Positions 42,916 through 56,380 of a stretch of DNA of 64,000 nucleotides are shown here, one piece after another (the first letter of the stretch is position 1; the number at the start of each line of letters is the position of its first letter). A program made the position numbers and the translations under genes. Under the pieces are notes generated by a model that had not been told where the DNA came from, searched no databases, and saw only the letters and a list, made by a program, of their open reading frames with translations. Source of the stretch: Eledone cirrhosa (Eukaryota). The DNA lies in NCBI GenBank assembly GCA_964016885.1, contig OZ024740.1, forward strand, positions 400,086,001 through 400,150,000, in the 5' to 3' direction.

Positions 42916-43715
42916 ACAATTATCATTGTTTCCCCTCTTCACAATGATATGACGGCAGATTTAGTAAGAAAATGGAAAGTATAATAAAGATTTCAACATA
43001 GGTATATTCCCAAGCACATACACACATAAAAACATATATATTAATTTAAAGATCAAGAAACCCATAGAAACATGCATTAGGCCTGCTGAATGTGTTACTT
43101 TTTGTTACTGAAGGCTAAAATATCCAATGCACCAAATAAAATATTGAATAAAATCATTTTTTTTTAAATGTTACAACGATATTATGTACTTAATTTAAAA
43201 AGTAAGGTTTGATGTACAGCATGAGGTGTTAAACAATTTCTCGTTTAATTGACATTCACTTATTAGAAAAAAAATTAAAATATCTAACAGCAATTCCCAG
43301 TTGATATTACAAGAATTATCTTCCATAGATGCTATGAGGTCACATCCACTTGGGCTGGGCATTCATGCAAATGGTATGAGTATCAAACCTGCCATGCGCT
43401 ATCCATACTTGCTCTCTCTCTCTCTCTCCCTCTCTCTCCCGCTCTCTCTCTATATATAATATTAATATATATACATATAATATATACATACACACACACA
43501 CACACACACACACAGACAGAAACAGACACATACGCGCACACACACATATATTAGCGTATGGTGTTAATCGAGCAGGGATATGCGGACCACAGTATTGTCT
43601 GTCGGGTGTGAAGCAGATAAAAACGAGCGCCCAACGACCTGTAGAAATGGTGCAAGTCGGAGCATTATAAATCACGAATTTGCTGTCAGATCCTTTAATG
43701 ATATATATATATATA

Positions 43716-43777
<62 letters not shown>

Positions 43778-44077
43778 TGTATGTATGTATGTATGTATGT
43801 ATGTATGTATGTATGTATGTCAGTATGTATGTATGTGCGTGTGTATGTTTGTGTATAGAGAAAGGTTGAGAAAAGGAACAATAGAGGGAGAGAGTTAAAT
43901 ATCACACTAATTGCACATTTGAAGAGACTGTATTGTAGATTACACAGACTGTCGCACAGTACTAATTAAAGTGAGATACACCCACGTAATCATAGAAATA
44001 TATAAAACAAAAAGTAATTATGAAACAAAAAACAAAAATAAATAAACAAAAAATTGCGTCAATATATGTAACTAGGG

Positions 44078-44179
<102 letters not shown>

Positions 44180-44333
44180 GTATGATATACATATATATTA
44201 ATATCAATACATTGAGACATTCACAGCACACGTGCAAACTAACACAGCGAAGGATAATTTACAGAACGGATCCCGCAATATATTTCCACTTGTTAGGGCG
44301 GAAAGACATGACGGGGAGACAGAGCAGGGGAAC

Positions 44334-44410
<77 letters not shown>

Positions 44411-44925
44411 TGAGAGAGAAAGAGAAAAGGGTGTGTAAATAATTAAAGAAAGTATGAGAGTATGTGTGTGAGAGAAATGAGAGTTAAGTGAGTGTGAGAT
44501 AGAGCGTACATTGCTATCTCATTTGGCAAAAGAGCCACCTGTTCGGATCTAGCAAATGTTCCGTTGACAGCAGCAAATATACATAAACCGGTCATGTCAC
44601 ATCATTATAACACTGTTTAACTGTGTTTGTTGTCAAAGAAAACATAGGCAGCAGACATTTTCCCTATAGCGAGAATTCTCTCTTCAGCAATCTAATGGTT
44701 GAAATTTAGTACTAAATATCTCCTGCTATGATTTGTTATTTTCTCTCGTGAATAATTCATGAATGTTGGTATCCCTCCATATAATATAACTATGTGTACC
44801 CACACACACATACGCACGTGCGCGCACACACACAAACACACTCATGTAAGTATGTAAGTATATGTGATTATTTATCCATTCACACAAATTGGTGGCTATG
44901 TTGACATAGAATAATGTCCCATACA

Positions 44926-44987
<62 letters not shown>

Positions 44988-45001
44988 ATTTGTTAATATC
45001 G

Positions 45002-45084
<83 letters not shown>

Positions 45085-45889
45085 CTATATATGTGTGTGT
45101 GTGTATATGTGTGTGAGCGTGTACGTGCGTTGTGTATGTATGTATTATATACGTTCACATGTGATGCTATTCTGTGTTAACATGGCGACCAATTCGTGTG
45201 ATGTGTGAATGACCATGGCAGTAGCTGAAACTAACAAACTATAATATAAATAGCTCACTCGTTATCTTCTTCATGAGTCAAAATCTCAATTGGTCTAATG
45301 TCTTTGGGTTTCATCACTGAAGGCTTTTGTTTGTACACTTACCCCCTCCAACTTTCAACAGAGATTCTGACATTAAACCACCGCATTATCCACACATCTA
45401 ATACGAAAATATCCATACGCAATATTATAAATGCCACTAACACTAGCACACTCGGATTTCATTCACTGATAACAATTTGCACACAACATATTCTACATCT
45501 TAAGAAACAGCATAAAATACTGGTTTGCAAATTAGATTACACGTCACTAAGCTAAGCCTAAACTTATCTAAAATCTGAATGGAGTATCACAAGGATCTGT
45601 CATTTTACACAGTCTATTTGAACAATAGTTACACAATATTTCCACATGTCCACAAAACTTAAAAACATAATGTCAATATTCTCTTTTTTTAGGATATATT
45701 TCACAACTCTTCAACCATAAACAAATCCCAGAAAGATGGTTCAACAAAAAGTATTAACATAACACGGAATATCAAACACATACAACAAATTCTTTTTTTT
45801 CCTGATAGCAGGCGTGGAGGGGATTTGTTATTACGAAGTAGGCGTATGGTCTATCAGAATATTTCATTTGCTGATCTGAAGTCGGATTC

Positions 45890-46760
45890 CAGCTTAATCC
45901 CACAGAGGCATTTCATTACAGCCTAAGCTTCAAAAGGCAAATCCTCGCTCCCAATGGGACCCAGCTCATTAAACATTCTGACAGCCGAGGTTTTGTGAAT
46001 ATTCAGGCTCTTGCCTATAAAGTTATTTCTGGCACCACACCTGAATAATGGAGTTTACATCCTCCATCCAAGTCTCCAGTACCAGAGTCGCAGAGCTGTT
46101 CTGAGAAACCCCCGACTATACCTATCCGGTCACGTCTGATCTCTTGCAAAACTTCCTACTCCTTACGTATAAGGGTTGTAATGTTTCAGTTGCCACTTGT
46201 TAAGACTTTTTCCTTTCTTGACTGTCTTTGGGGTTTCGGGACACGCAACCTTTGTGCGTCCATCATACACCTCCTAGCACTTGTTTTCACACCAGTTTTC
46301 ACACTGTTGAATGAAGATTGCAATATATATTTTCGAACAGGCCTCGTTATCGAAAACCTTAATGCGTCCCTTATTTCCTGCGCAAACGACGATGCCGTAT
46401 GGCTGCTTTTATTGCATCTAACTATATTACAGTTTTTGCTGCTCTTATTCACGCCAGCTACCAATTTGGTAATTTAGCCACAAAGATTAGGCTTTTTAGA
46501 GGTGTCTTTACTCGCCTTGTCGTAGCTACATCACTGTGTTGTGATAGTTTTCCAGGGAGTTAACAATGCCACCCTTTGTTCCATCTCCCCTAGAAGTGTA
46601 CCGCTGTTGATCGTACTTGCTTATTCGTTCGGTTGGGGCCGCTTATATCTTAACTAACCATCGTATCTGGTGGCTGCATCACTATCCACCACCTGAAATC
46701 CATTCTCTAGCAGAACAGCTCTTGCGAGAAGCCATCGCATTCAGGTAAACAAGGTAAATA
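45890..46760 (-). mobile_element. RTE LINE 5' fragment: leader plus start of AP endonuclease
   Basis: Minus strand reads NITTLIRKE*EVLQEIRRDRIGIVG...SGTGDLDGGCKLHYSGV...WVPLGARICLLKLRL. 46320-46410 is also present at 42347-42435. Confidence 0.65.
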
Positions 46761-48002
46761 TACTACAGAAGAGGTTATTACATCCCTAATAGATAATGCA
46801 TTTGGTCAACTGAAAAAAGAGCAGTATTATTGTACAAACAATATACGCGAACCATCATTAATTAGGGCAGCGTAAGATGGGGCCCACAATGTCTCCACAA
46901 CAAAATACAATGTACGCCATAAAGAACAAAAAATACGCATCTCACATTGTAAATTCCATACATAGTGAAAGAAAGTTCTGTAATAAAATACCCTTTGGGT
47001 AGGCGAAAAGACACGGTTTATCACTATAACTACATGCACAATTACTCATGTAATTATACAATTTTTATGTAGACGCAATATATCAGATGTTCTCTTCATA
47101 TAATAAGCTATCGAGCTTGGTCGGACAGTGTGGGGTCTTGGGCTAATTTCGTTTACTATACTTTCTGGTGGACCCAAGTTTGTGAATAAAATTGTGGAAA
47201 CTCTTTGGAACCCTGTCTGCTGAACTGAACCTGTGATTCAAAGGGCTAAACTGATATTATATGGCCGCAAAATTTCCTGCATCCTTCGTATACGAAGTGC
47301 TGGACTTTAATAAATACCGTTTTACACCAGAATGTTCTCTTCAACAATCTCCATATTATGACACAATGTAAAAACGGATGCCAGGCGTTTAAGTGTATAA
47401 AGTAACACATTTACAGAATATTTCAATAGTAGAGTGGAAACGGAAACTCTATAGATAATGAACACAACCAGACGAATATGGTCCGAACGCGGCACAGCCG
47501 AACTCCCACTGTCATACCCTCCATCTCTGTCGCCCTCCCCATCTCATCTCTCTGTATGTTGAGCAAATGGGGCCGCATGTGCCGGCCTCACCATAGCCCC
47601 GGCAGACAGAATGGAGAAGACGTTACTTGTGACACACTTTATCACACTGAATTCCCATGAGTATTATGATAAGGCTACGCATATCTGTGGAGGGATTAGC
47701 TGCTTCCACGTTAATATCTTCCTGAGATTGTTTCGTGGATCAAACAAATACAACATTCATCTTCAAATCCGACGTGGGTCCATTCCTCATGGAGTCCAGT
47801 ACTTCACTAGTATTTTATTTTAATGACCTTTCCAGAAACTGAAATGGAACGTACAAACACGCTACTAAATACCGCAAGGTAGTTTGTCCAATGCTAATAT
47901 ATATCATCATTGTACTATATTGTTTGCCTGTATTGTTTTTCCTTTTGGACCGCTTTCATAACATGCATTGACACATGTACACACATATGTGCGTGTGTGT
48001 GT

Positions 48003-48061
<59 letters not shown>

Positions 48062-48231
48062 AGTATATCTACTAACATATGCGTACAGATGTACACTAAT
48101 GCTAGCAAATACATAAGTTATGTCATAGTACCTAGGTGGTTCAATGCAGGAGGATGCAGAACAATAATATGAAAGACGTAAAATAAGAAAATAAAAAAAA
48201 AAATTAAAAAAATTAACTTACTAAAATTTTC

Positions 48232-48313
48232 ACTCCAACTAATTAGTTTCTGTAATGGGATAAAGACAGTTACGTAATATAACCGTCGAGAATTCATTAC
48301 GTCATCAGGGAGT
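48232..48313 (-). ncRNA. Type I hammerhead with long stem II (copy 1)
   Basis: Minus strand: actcc-CTGATGA-c-gtaatg...cattac-a-GAAA-CTAATTAG-TT-ggagt. GUU cleavage is predicted between 48237 and 48236. Confidence 0.75.
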
Positions 48314-48775
48314 CTATTCTCAGCTAAGTCTCCAGGCAATGCGCGGACACTGGGGACTCATATAAAAATAATAATAATTCGGTAGATGGAACAGCTAGCG
48401 GGGACTGGATTCCATGCACTGAAAAGCTCGCTGTCTCTGGTCAAATGGCAGATTCTAAAGAATCAATCACGTGACACTGAGGCTAGTCGGAAGGAGTGGG
48501 ATGGGAAGATGACAGAAGCCTACTACCACACCAATAAATTAGTAGTGGTTTTGGCAGGGTTGCTCAACAAATAAATAATTTGGAGATAAATATAGAGAAT
48601 TTAGTATATCTACTAACATATGCGCACAGATGTATACTAATGCTAGCAAATACATAAGTTATGTCATAGTACCTAGGTGGCTCAATGCAGGAGGATGCAG
48701 AACAATAAAATGAAAGACGTAAAATAAGAAAATAAAAAAAAAAAAAAAAAAATTAACTTACTTACTAAAATTTTC

Positions 48776-48857
48776 ACTCCAACTAATTAGTTTCTGTAAT
48801 GGGATAAAGACAGTTACGTAATATAACCGTCGAGAATTCATTACGTCATCAGGGAGT
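48776..48857 (-). ncRNA. Type I hammerhead with long stem II (copy 2)
   Basis: Identical to copy 1. Cleavage is predicted between 48781 and 48780. Confidence 0.75.
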
Positions 48858-49324
48858 CTATTCTCAGCTAAGTCTCCAGGCAATGTGCGGACACTGGGAA
48901 CTCATATAAAAATAATAATAATTCGGTAGATGGAACAGCTAGCGGGGACTGGATTCCATGCACTGAAAAGCTCGCTGTCTCTGGTCAAATGGCAGATTCT
49001 AAAGAATCAATCACGTGACACTGAGGCTAGTCGGAAGGAGTGGGATGGTAAGATGACAGAAGCCTACTACCACACCAATAAATTAGTAGTGGTTTTGGCA
49101 GGGTTGCTCAACAAATAAATAATTTGGAGATAAATATAGAGAATTTAGTATATCTACTAACATATGCGTACAGATGTACACTAATGCTAGCAAATACATA
49201 AGTTATGTCATAGTACCTAGGTGGTTCAATGCAGGAGGATGCAGAACAATAATATGAAAGACGTAAAATAAGAAAATTAAAAAAAAATATTCTTTTCCAT
49301 TTATATATATATATATATATATAT

Positions 49325-50222
49325 AAATGGAAAAGAATGAAACGAAATTTCATTTCTCACTCTTAGTACGGCTGATACCTAAATATAAGTATGTATACGT
49401 ACATACATATATGTGTACAAACGTACAGTAGTATGTATATATATACATACATGCACACATATATATATATATGTACGTACGGGTTTACCGAACATTTATT
49501 ATAATGTTCGGTTTGTTTCTAAACAAACAGCCCGAATTACGCCGTACAGTGCTCGGCAACCATCGTCGCCCTTTTGTTCAACACTGACACAGGAACGATG
49601 TACTAGTTTCAAGCTTATTAGCTATCGTCAGCATCGTATACCTTTCTGTCAGATGATTGAACGTTTGAAAGTATATACTTTCCTTATGCATATTAACGGC
49701 TGTGCAGCCTAATTTGCATATCGAGTGAGTTAGTCGGCCGGGCGTACCGAAAACGATAAGTGGAAAAGAATGAAACGAAATTTCATTTCTCACTCTTAGT
49801 ACGGCTGATACCTAAATATAAGCATGTATACGTACATCCATATATGTGGACAGACGTACAGTAGTATGTATATATATACATACATGCACACACATATATA
49901 TATATAACCAACGGTACGCCCGGCCGACCAACTCACTCGATATGCAAATTAGGCTGCTCAGCCGTTAATATGCATAAGGAAAGTATATACTTTCAAACTT
50001 GAAACTAGTACATCGTTCCTGTGTCAGTGTTGAACAAAAGGGCGACGATGGTTGCCGAGCACTGTACGGCGTAATTCGGGCTGTTTGTTTACAAACAAAC
50101 CGAATATTATAATAAATGTTCGGTAAACCCATACGTACACTTATATATCTGTGCATGTATGTATATATATACATACTGCTGTACGTCTGTACACATATAT
50201 GTATGTACGTATACATACTTAT
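49325..50222 (-). mobile_element. Non-coding HHR element: ~434-bp partial tandem plus inverted arm (49912-50222)
   Basis: tggaaaagaatgaaacgaaatttc... occurs at ~49328 and ~49761. HHR 49596-49636 (-): cgatg-CTGACGA-T-agct(aata)agct-T-GAAA-CTAG-TA-catcg. The inverted arm has lost the 5' half of the HHR. Confidence 0.85.
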
Positions 50223-50272
50223 ATATATATATATATATATGTTTATATATATATATATATATATATATTAAT

Positions 50273-50793
50273 ACAGGGGGGAAGAAAAAATGGCTTCACT
50301 TGTGCTTTCAACAAATTTATTTTCTTCACAAAATCCCAAAAGAATTTTTCTTAAAAAAAATTATTTTATTAATTAAGTTGTTGGTTGTTGGTTAGGTCTT
50401 AGGAGTTCTTGGTTAACGTAGGAGGTATTGTTTCGTTTTTAGAAAGACCTTTCACGCTGAGGTGCGCTTGTCAAACTGATGTGTATGTGGTGTGTTGTTC
50501 TATATATAGGGATTTAACATGTCTGTGGTGTGGTGGAATCTTCCCTTTCTTCAAGATATGGTCGGATAACGAACATTTCCGCAGATATAAAGAAGAATTC
50601 TTCATTGAAAAATTTAAACCACTACTGAACACGAAAAAATGAATTAACACTCGGAGGTAAAATTCTATTTCACTACCCCCCCCCTCTTCTTATGTATACA
50701 CATGAATATCTGAATGAACGGTGAGACACACACATATATGTGTGTAGGGATGTATGGATGTATGTACGTGTGGGTATATATGTATGTGTGTGT

Positions 50794-50834
<41 letters not shown>

Positions 50835-50890
50835 CATATATGTATGGATGTGTGTATGTTTGTATGTGTGTGTGTATATATATATGTATA

Positions 50891-50961
<71 letters not shown>

Positions 50962-51006
50962 GTATATATGTGTATATGTACATATATGTATGTGTATGTT
51001 TGTATA

Positions 51007-51041
<35 letters not shown>

Positions 51042-51686
51042 GGATAGATATGTATGTTTATGTGTGTGTGTATGTATGTGTATGTACCTATATATATGTG
51101 TGTGTGTGTGTATGTATGTGCATATATGTATATATGTGTGTACATATGTGTATGTTTCTGTTTGTGTATATGTATGTATCTATGTAGATGTATGTGTATA
51201 TATATGTATATATATGTATATGTATGTGTATGTGTATATGTGTCTTTATGTGCTCGTGTATACGCACATATATATATATGTATGTGTGTATGTGTGTATG
51301 TATGTGTATATATATGTATATATATATATATGTATGTATGTACATGTATGTATGTGTGTATGTACGTACTTGTATGTGTATGTGTATGTGTATGTATGTG
51401 TATATATATACATATATATATATATGTGTGTATATGTATGTGTATATATATGTATATGGATATGTATGTATGTGTATATGTATGTGTATATGTGTGTATG
51501 TGTGTGTATGTATGCATGTATGTGTGAACGGAGGGGTATATATACGGACATATGTATATGTGTGTGTGTGTGTGTCTGTGTATACACGTGCGTGTGTGTG
51601 TGTGTGTGTGTATGTGTGCGTGTATGTGTATATATGTATATTTAGTTATGTATCCTTATGTGTGTATATGTATGTATATGTATGTA

Positions 51687-51775
<89 letters not shown>

Positions 51776-51798
51776 ATGTGTGTGTGTATGTGTATATG

Positions 51799-51847
<49 letters not shown>

Positions 51848-51856
51848 ATGTGTATA

Positions 51857-51896
<40 letters not shown>

Positions 51897-52674
51897 CATG
51901 TGGAGGTATGAGTACATATTCGTGTGTGTACGTATGTGTATGTGTGTTTTTATATGTGTCTCTATATGTTTTTGTGTGTGTATTTGTACATGGGTGTGTG
52001 ATTGATGGTATGTGCCTATATATTCCTACATATGCCCGTGTGTGTATGTACGTATATGCACACATATGTGTGTGTTGAACAAAGGACTAACTTTGGGATG
52101 GACGTAGAAAAATTCTTCAGGAAAAAAAGAAAAAAATAATTATTCACAAACTTGAGAGGTGCGATTTGCCTGTGACCATTCTCAACACAAAAGCAATGAT
52201 AAAAGCTTTTTCCCCTGAATAAAGGAATTTTTCGAGAATGACCGGGGCAGGCCGCACTTGCTACATTTCTCCCCACCCAACCCTACTCACCGTCTCAACT
52301 CATTACTGCTATGAACACTTTTTCAATACACCTACACCCATGCACTTATTAAAGGGGGAGGAAAGAAACCCCCACCACACCACAGACATGTTAAATCCCT
52401 ATATATAGAACAACACACCACATACACATCAGTTTGACAAGCGCACCTCAGCGTGAAAGGTTTTTCTAAAAACGAAACAATACCTCCTACGTTAACCAAG
52501 AACTCCTAAGACCTAACCAACAACCAACAACTTAATTTATAAAATAATTTTTTTTAAGAAAAATTCTTTTTTGGATTTTGTGAAGAAAATAAATTTGTTG
52601 AAAGCACAAGTGAAGCCATTTTTTCTTCCCCCCTGTCTTAATATACCTAACTGTACCAAGGATTACACACATTT

Positions 52675-52680
<6 letters not shown>
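50273..52680 (+). mobile_element. Penelope-like 3' fragment with ~265-bp inverted pLTRs, swollen by a 1.4-kb microsatellite
   Basis: Arms 50273-50536 and 52372-52636. The GIY-YIG C-terminus FPFFKI...RRYKEEFFIEKFKPLLN lies at 50537-50642, and the tail at 52637-52680. Confidence 0.8.
50690..52075. repeat. Compound (TA)n/(TG)n/(TATG)n microsatellite
   Basis: Direct reading. It is the source of the long Y/I/C/V/M pseudo-ORFs. Confidence 0.95.
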
Positions 52681-52732
<52 letters not shown>

Positions 52733-52739
<7 letters not shown>

Positions 52740-52980
52740 AAAGTCTGTCTTAAGACAGAAGTCTCATTTGGCCGCTGCTTATCCCGGTTCCATGGCATGA
52801 CGCGGCTGAGAGTACAAGACTCCCCCCCTGGACAGGACGTCAGTCCATCGCAGGGTTAAAGCCCCAGCTATTGATGGAACTGAATTTCAGCTGAGTATAC
52901 TGGAACAACGTGAAATCAAGTGTTTTGCTCAAGAACACAACACGCAACCCAGGAATTGTACCATTAGGCTACGTGCCTCC
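52733..52980 (-). mobile_element. Second tRNA-derived SINE family (internally deleted head)
   Basis: Minus strand: ggaggcacgtagcctaatggt, gtgttcttgagcaaaacactt, ccctgcgatggactgacgtcctgtccagggg, and a (gacttta) repeat tail. Confidence 0.7.
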
Positions 52981-53041
<61 letters not shown>

Positions 53042-53879
53042 CACACATATTTGTAGTACGCAGCGCGTGCGTGTATGTGCTCTGATTATGTCTTGTAACT
53101 TACCACTCCGACAAAAAAAAATCGATAAAAAAAGTACGAGATTTGAAAAAATAAATTACTGGTGTCTACATGTTTGACAAAATCATCACAGGGCTCTAGT
53201 ATGGCCGCAGTCCAGCAACTAAAATCAGGAAAAGAATAAAAGAGAACCTTAAAATTGAACCGACATCATTGATGTATAGAAGTTGATACCTACCAACTAA
53301 GGTTTGATGAAGACAGCCATTTAAGGAGCGCCCATTTGTATGTGTTGTTGAGATAATTACACTTCAACAGGACGTATATGTTTGTGGACCCGACAACCGG
53401 AAGTCGCTGCTGCAGTCCACCTTTTTGCTACAAGCACAACATCCTCTTCCTTATTCGGAGTCATGCTGTGACATGTTCCCACCCCCTCACCTATTACTAC
53501 CTTGATCACCTCATACACAGGTTTCTATATATTTACACATACATATACCAGTGCATAAACACAAGCACACACATGCACGCACACACGCTCACACGCACAC
53601 ACACACACACATACACACACACACACACAAAGAATTACACCATATTATATACATTAAGTCTGAACATGCATTATATGGCTATATACACACACACATATAG
53701 GGACTTACACACACATATATGCATGTACATACACCCAAATACACATGTAAATGTGCACATGGTTGTTGAATTCCGACTTGTATACATGGTATGTACAAAC
53801 GTTACACTCACACGCATGTATCTCTCTCTCTCCTCTCTCTATCACCTCTCTCTCTCTCCCTCTCCTCTCTCTCTCTATC

Positions 53880-53942
<63 letters not shown>

Positions 53943-53956
53943 TGTACATCTATATA

Positions 53957-53989
<33 letters not shown>

Positions 53990-54027
53990 TTTTTTTAATG
54001 TATATATGTATATATATATGTTTATAA

Positions 54028-54076
<49 letters not shown>

Positions 54077-54120
54077 TATATACGCATATATATGTACATA
54101 TAGATAGATATATAACCCTC

Positions 54121-54162
<42 letters not shown>

Positions 54163-54469
54163 GTGTGTGCATGTAAATCTGTGTGTCTGAGTGTATTCTA
54201 ATATACATACGGGATATATACAGATTCATTAATCATTTATATTTACTATATGTAAATGTTTATGCCAACATACACAATCATGTCGTACATATTCAAGAAA
54301 CACAGTAGCATTCTACCACAGACACACAGAGATAAAGTCACGCACACATACATGTATTTTATTCAAATACAATGCATTCCCAATACACAAAGTACATACA
54401 ACCACCTACACGTATTAGTATATACACATGTGTCTTACAAGTATACACTGCGGTTGTACTCCTGTCAGT

Positions 54470-54612
54470 GGAGTCCTCGGCCCTAGGGCTACCTCCCTAC
54501 TCACCCTCATAGGCGCTGAGCTGGCCAGCCGCAGGTGTGAACCCCGCGTGTTGGAGTGGCTTTTCCAGCGCGTCTCACTTTCCGTCTCCGGGGAAACGGC
54601 TTCTCCATCGTG
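54470..54612 (+). mobile_element. CRE-clade retrotransposon extreme 3' fragment
   Basis: GVLGPRATSLLTLIGAELA...EPRVLEWLFQRVSLSV.RGNGFSI matches the WLFQRLSxAxQRGNA C-terminus of CRE endonucleases. Confidence 0.75.
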
Positions 54613-55591
54613 TCCGTCGGGGTTGTGGGGGGGGGGGGCATCGCGTATCATTCCATATTTAAGTATGTGTACTAGTAGCTCTCTTGTGGCAGGAACTGTA
54701 TGTACTATATATGTTATTGCAACTTATGACTTATAAGCATTTATCACTAGATGCAGATTAAGGATAGATTTGACCCTCATGTTTCTCTCGATAATTCGAA
54801 ACTACCAAACAAACTAACAGTACACACATACAAACACACCTTTTAGACGTATAGACATAGATGTACACACATACAAACACACCTAATAGACATATACGCA
54901 TAGATGTACACACATACAAACATATCCTTCAGAAACACCCTCGTCACACAAACATAAGAAATCTATCATCTCTTTCTCCCGATTTCTGTTCTCCTCCCTA
55001 TCTCTTGCTCTCTATCTCCCTTCTATTTCTTAGTTTCTCTGACAGTCCTCACTCCACCCTATTTCTGTAAAGACTGGAGTAAAATTGTTTAGTAAGCCCT
55101 AGTTATTGAGAAACTTAAGCATGGAAGTCAGATGAGGTCACTTTTAGTTATTTGCCTAAATCATTTTTGCAGGTGTTCTAAGCAAACCAAGTGAGACAAA
55201 GTGGTTTATACAAATCAGCAATGCCGTCAGACGTACTGCACCACTGAACATGGGGCAGTTTCACTTCCTACCACACCATCCATCCCCTTCCTTACACCAG
55301 TTTCGAAAAAAATAAATAAAAAGGTTTTATAAAATATTAATTTTATTTTTAAGTAACAGTGATTTGAAAGTGGTTCAGCGCCGAAAAGTATTTAGTTTCA
55401 ATTTTCCCCCTTTACGTTCCTTGTTTCGCGTGTCGCCCGGCTCAACTTTGCCATTCATTCCTTTTGAGACAGATTAAATAAGTGAACACTCACAATTATA
55501 CAAGAAACATCAGCATTTATACATATATATTTATCCGGTTTGTCTGCAGAATTACCCCCCCCGGGACAATTCAAAGCAACAGCAATCACAT

Positions 55592-55647
<56 letters not shown>

Positions 55648-55754
55648 ATAATAATAAATTTGAAGACTAAAATCCAAAGAGGGCTCGATAAGGATAAATA
55701 TATATCAAATATATAAGAACCGTAGAGCAAATATTTATTAAAATAACAGATTAA

Positions 55755-55805
55755 AGTTTAAGCAAAGAATCGCTGCTTTCACCCTTAACGTGATCTTCTG
55801 AAACT
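55755..55805 (-). ncRNA. Degenerate hammerhead (CAGAAGA core) in a pLTR-like remnant ~55645-56030
   Basis: Minus strand: agttt-CAGAAGA-tcacgttaagggt-GAAA-gca...tgc-TT-aaact. Confidence 0.45.
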
Positions 55806-56077
55806 AACAAAGTCAATCTGTAAACGCAGAAGTGAATATTTCAAAAAACGTTGCAACCGGAGGAAGACAGGAAGACGATACTTTGGTTCGTGGAAATGTT
55901 CCATGGTAAAGAACGGGAAAAAACGAATATAATACGTCATTAATAGGAGCGATGAAAAACAATTACGCGCAAAGACAGAACCACGTTTATGGTATAAAAG
56001 AAGTCGTAGACTAATGTTCTCTCTCTATATATATATAGTTCGAAATAACAGAAAACAAAAAAACAAATAAATGCAGG

Positions 56078-56159
<82 letters not shown>

Positions 56160-56163
56160 CATA

Positions 56164-56203
<40 letters not shown>

Positions 56204-56209
56204 CATACT

Positions 56210-56241
<32 letters not shown>

Positions 56242-56245
56242 CATA

Positions 56246-56281
<36 letters not shown>

Positions 56282-56317
56282 CATACTTATATATATATAT
56301 ATATATATACATACATA

Positions 56318-56376
<59 letters not shown>

Positions 56377-56380
<4 letters not shown>

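Larger units (their letters stand above)
48057..49287 (-). repeat. Tandem ~541-544-bp repeat (2.3 units), each full unit containing a type I hammerhead
   Basis: Unit starts at 48061, 48602 and 49146. An identical 62-aa ORF occurs at 48386 and 48930 (offset 544). The array is bounded by (TA)n. Confidence 0.95.

Noticed and set aside
48386-49118. Duplicated 62-aa ORF as a small protein gene
   Set aside because: Identity reflects the tandem duplication. I could not trace an intact equivalent in the diverged copy at 59.5-59.7 kb, and it has no recognisable domain.
52570-52620. Hammerhead in the pLTR of the 50273-52680 element (GTGAAGA...GAAA)
   Set aside because: The core begins with G and stems I and III do not pair convincingly.
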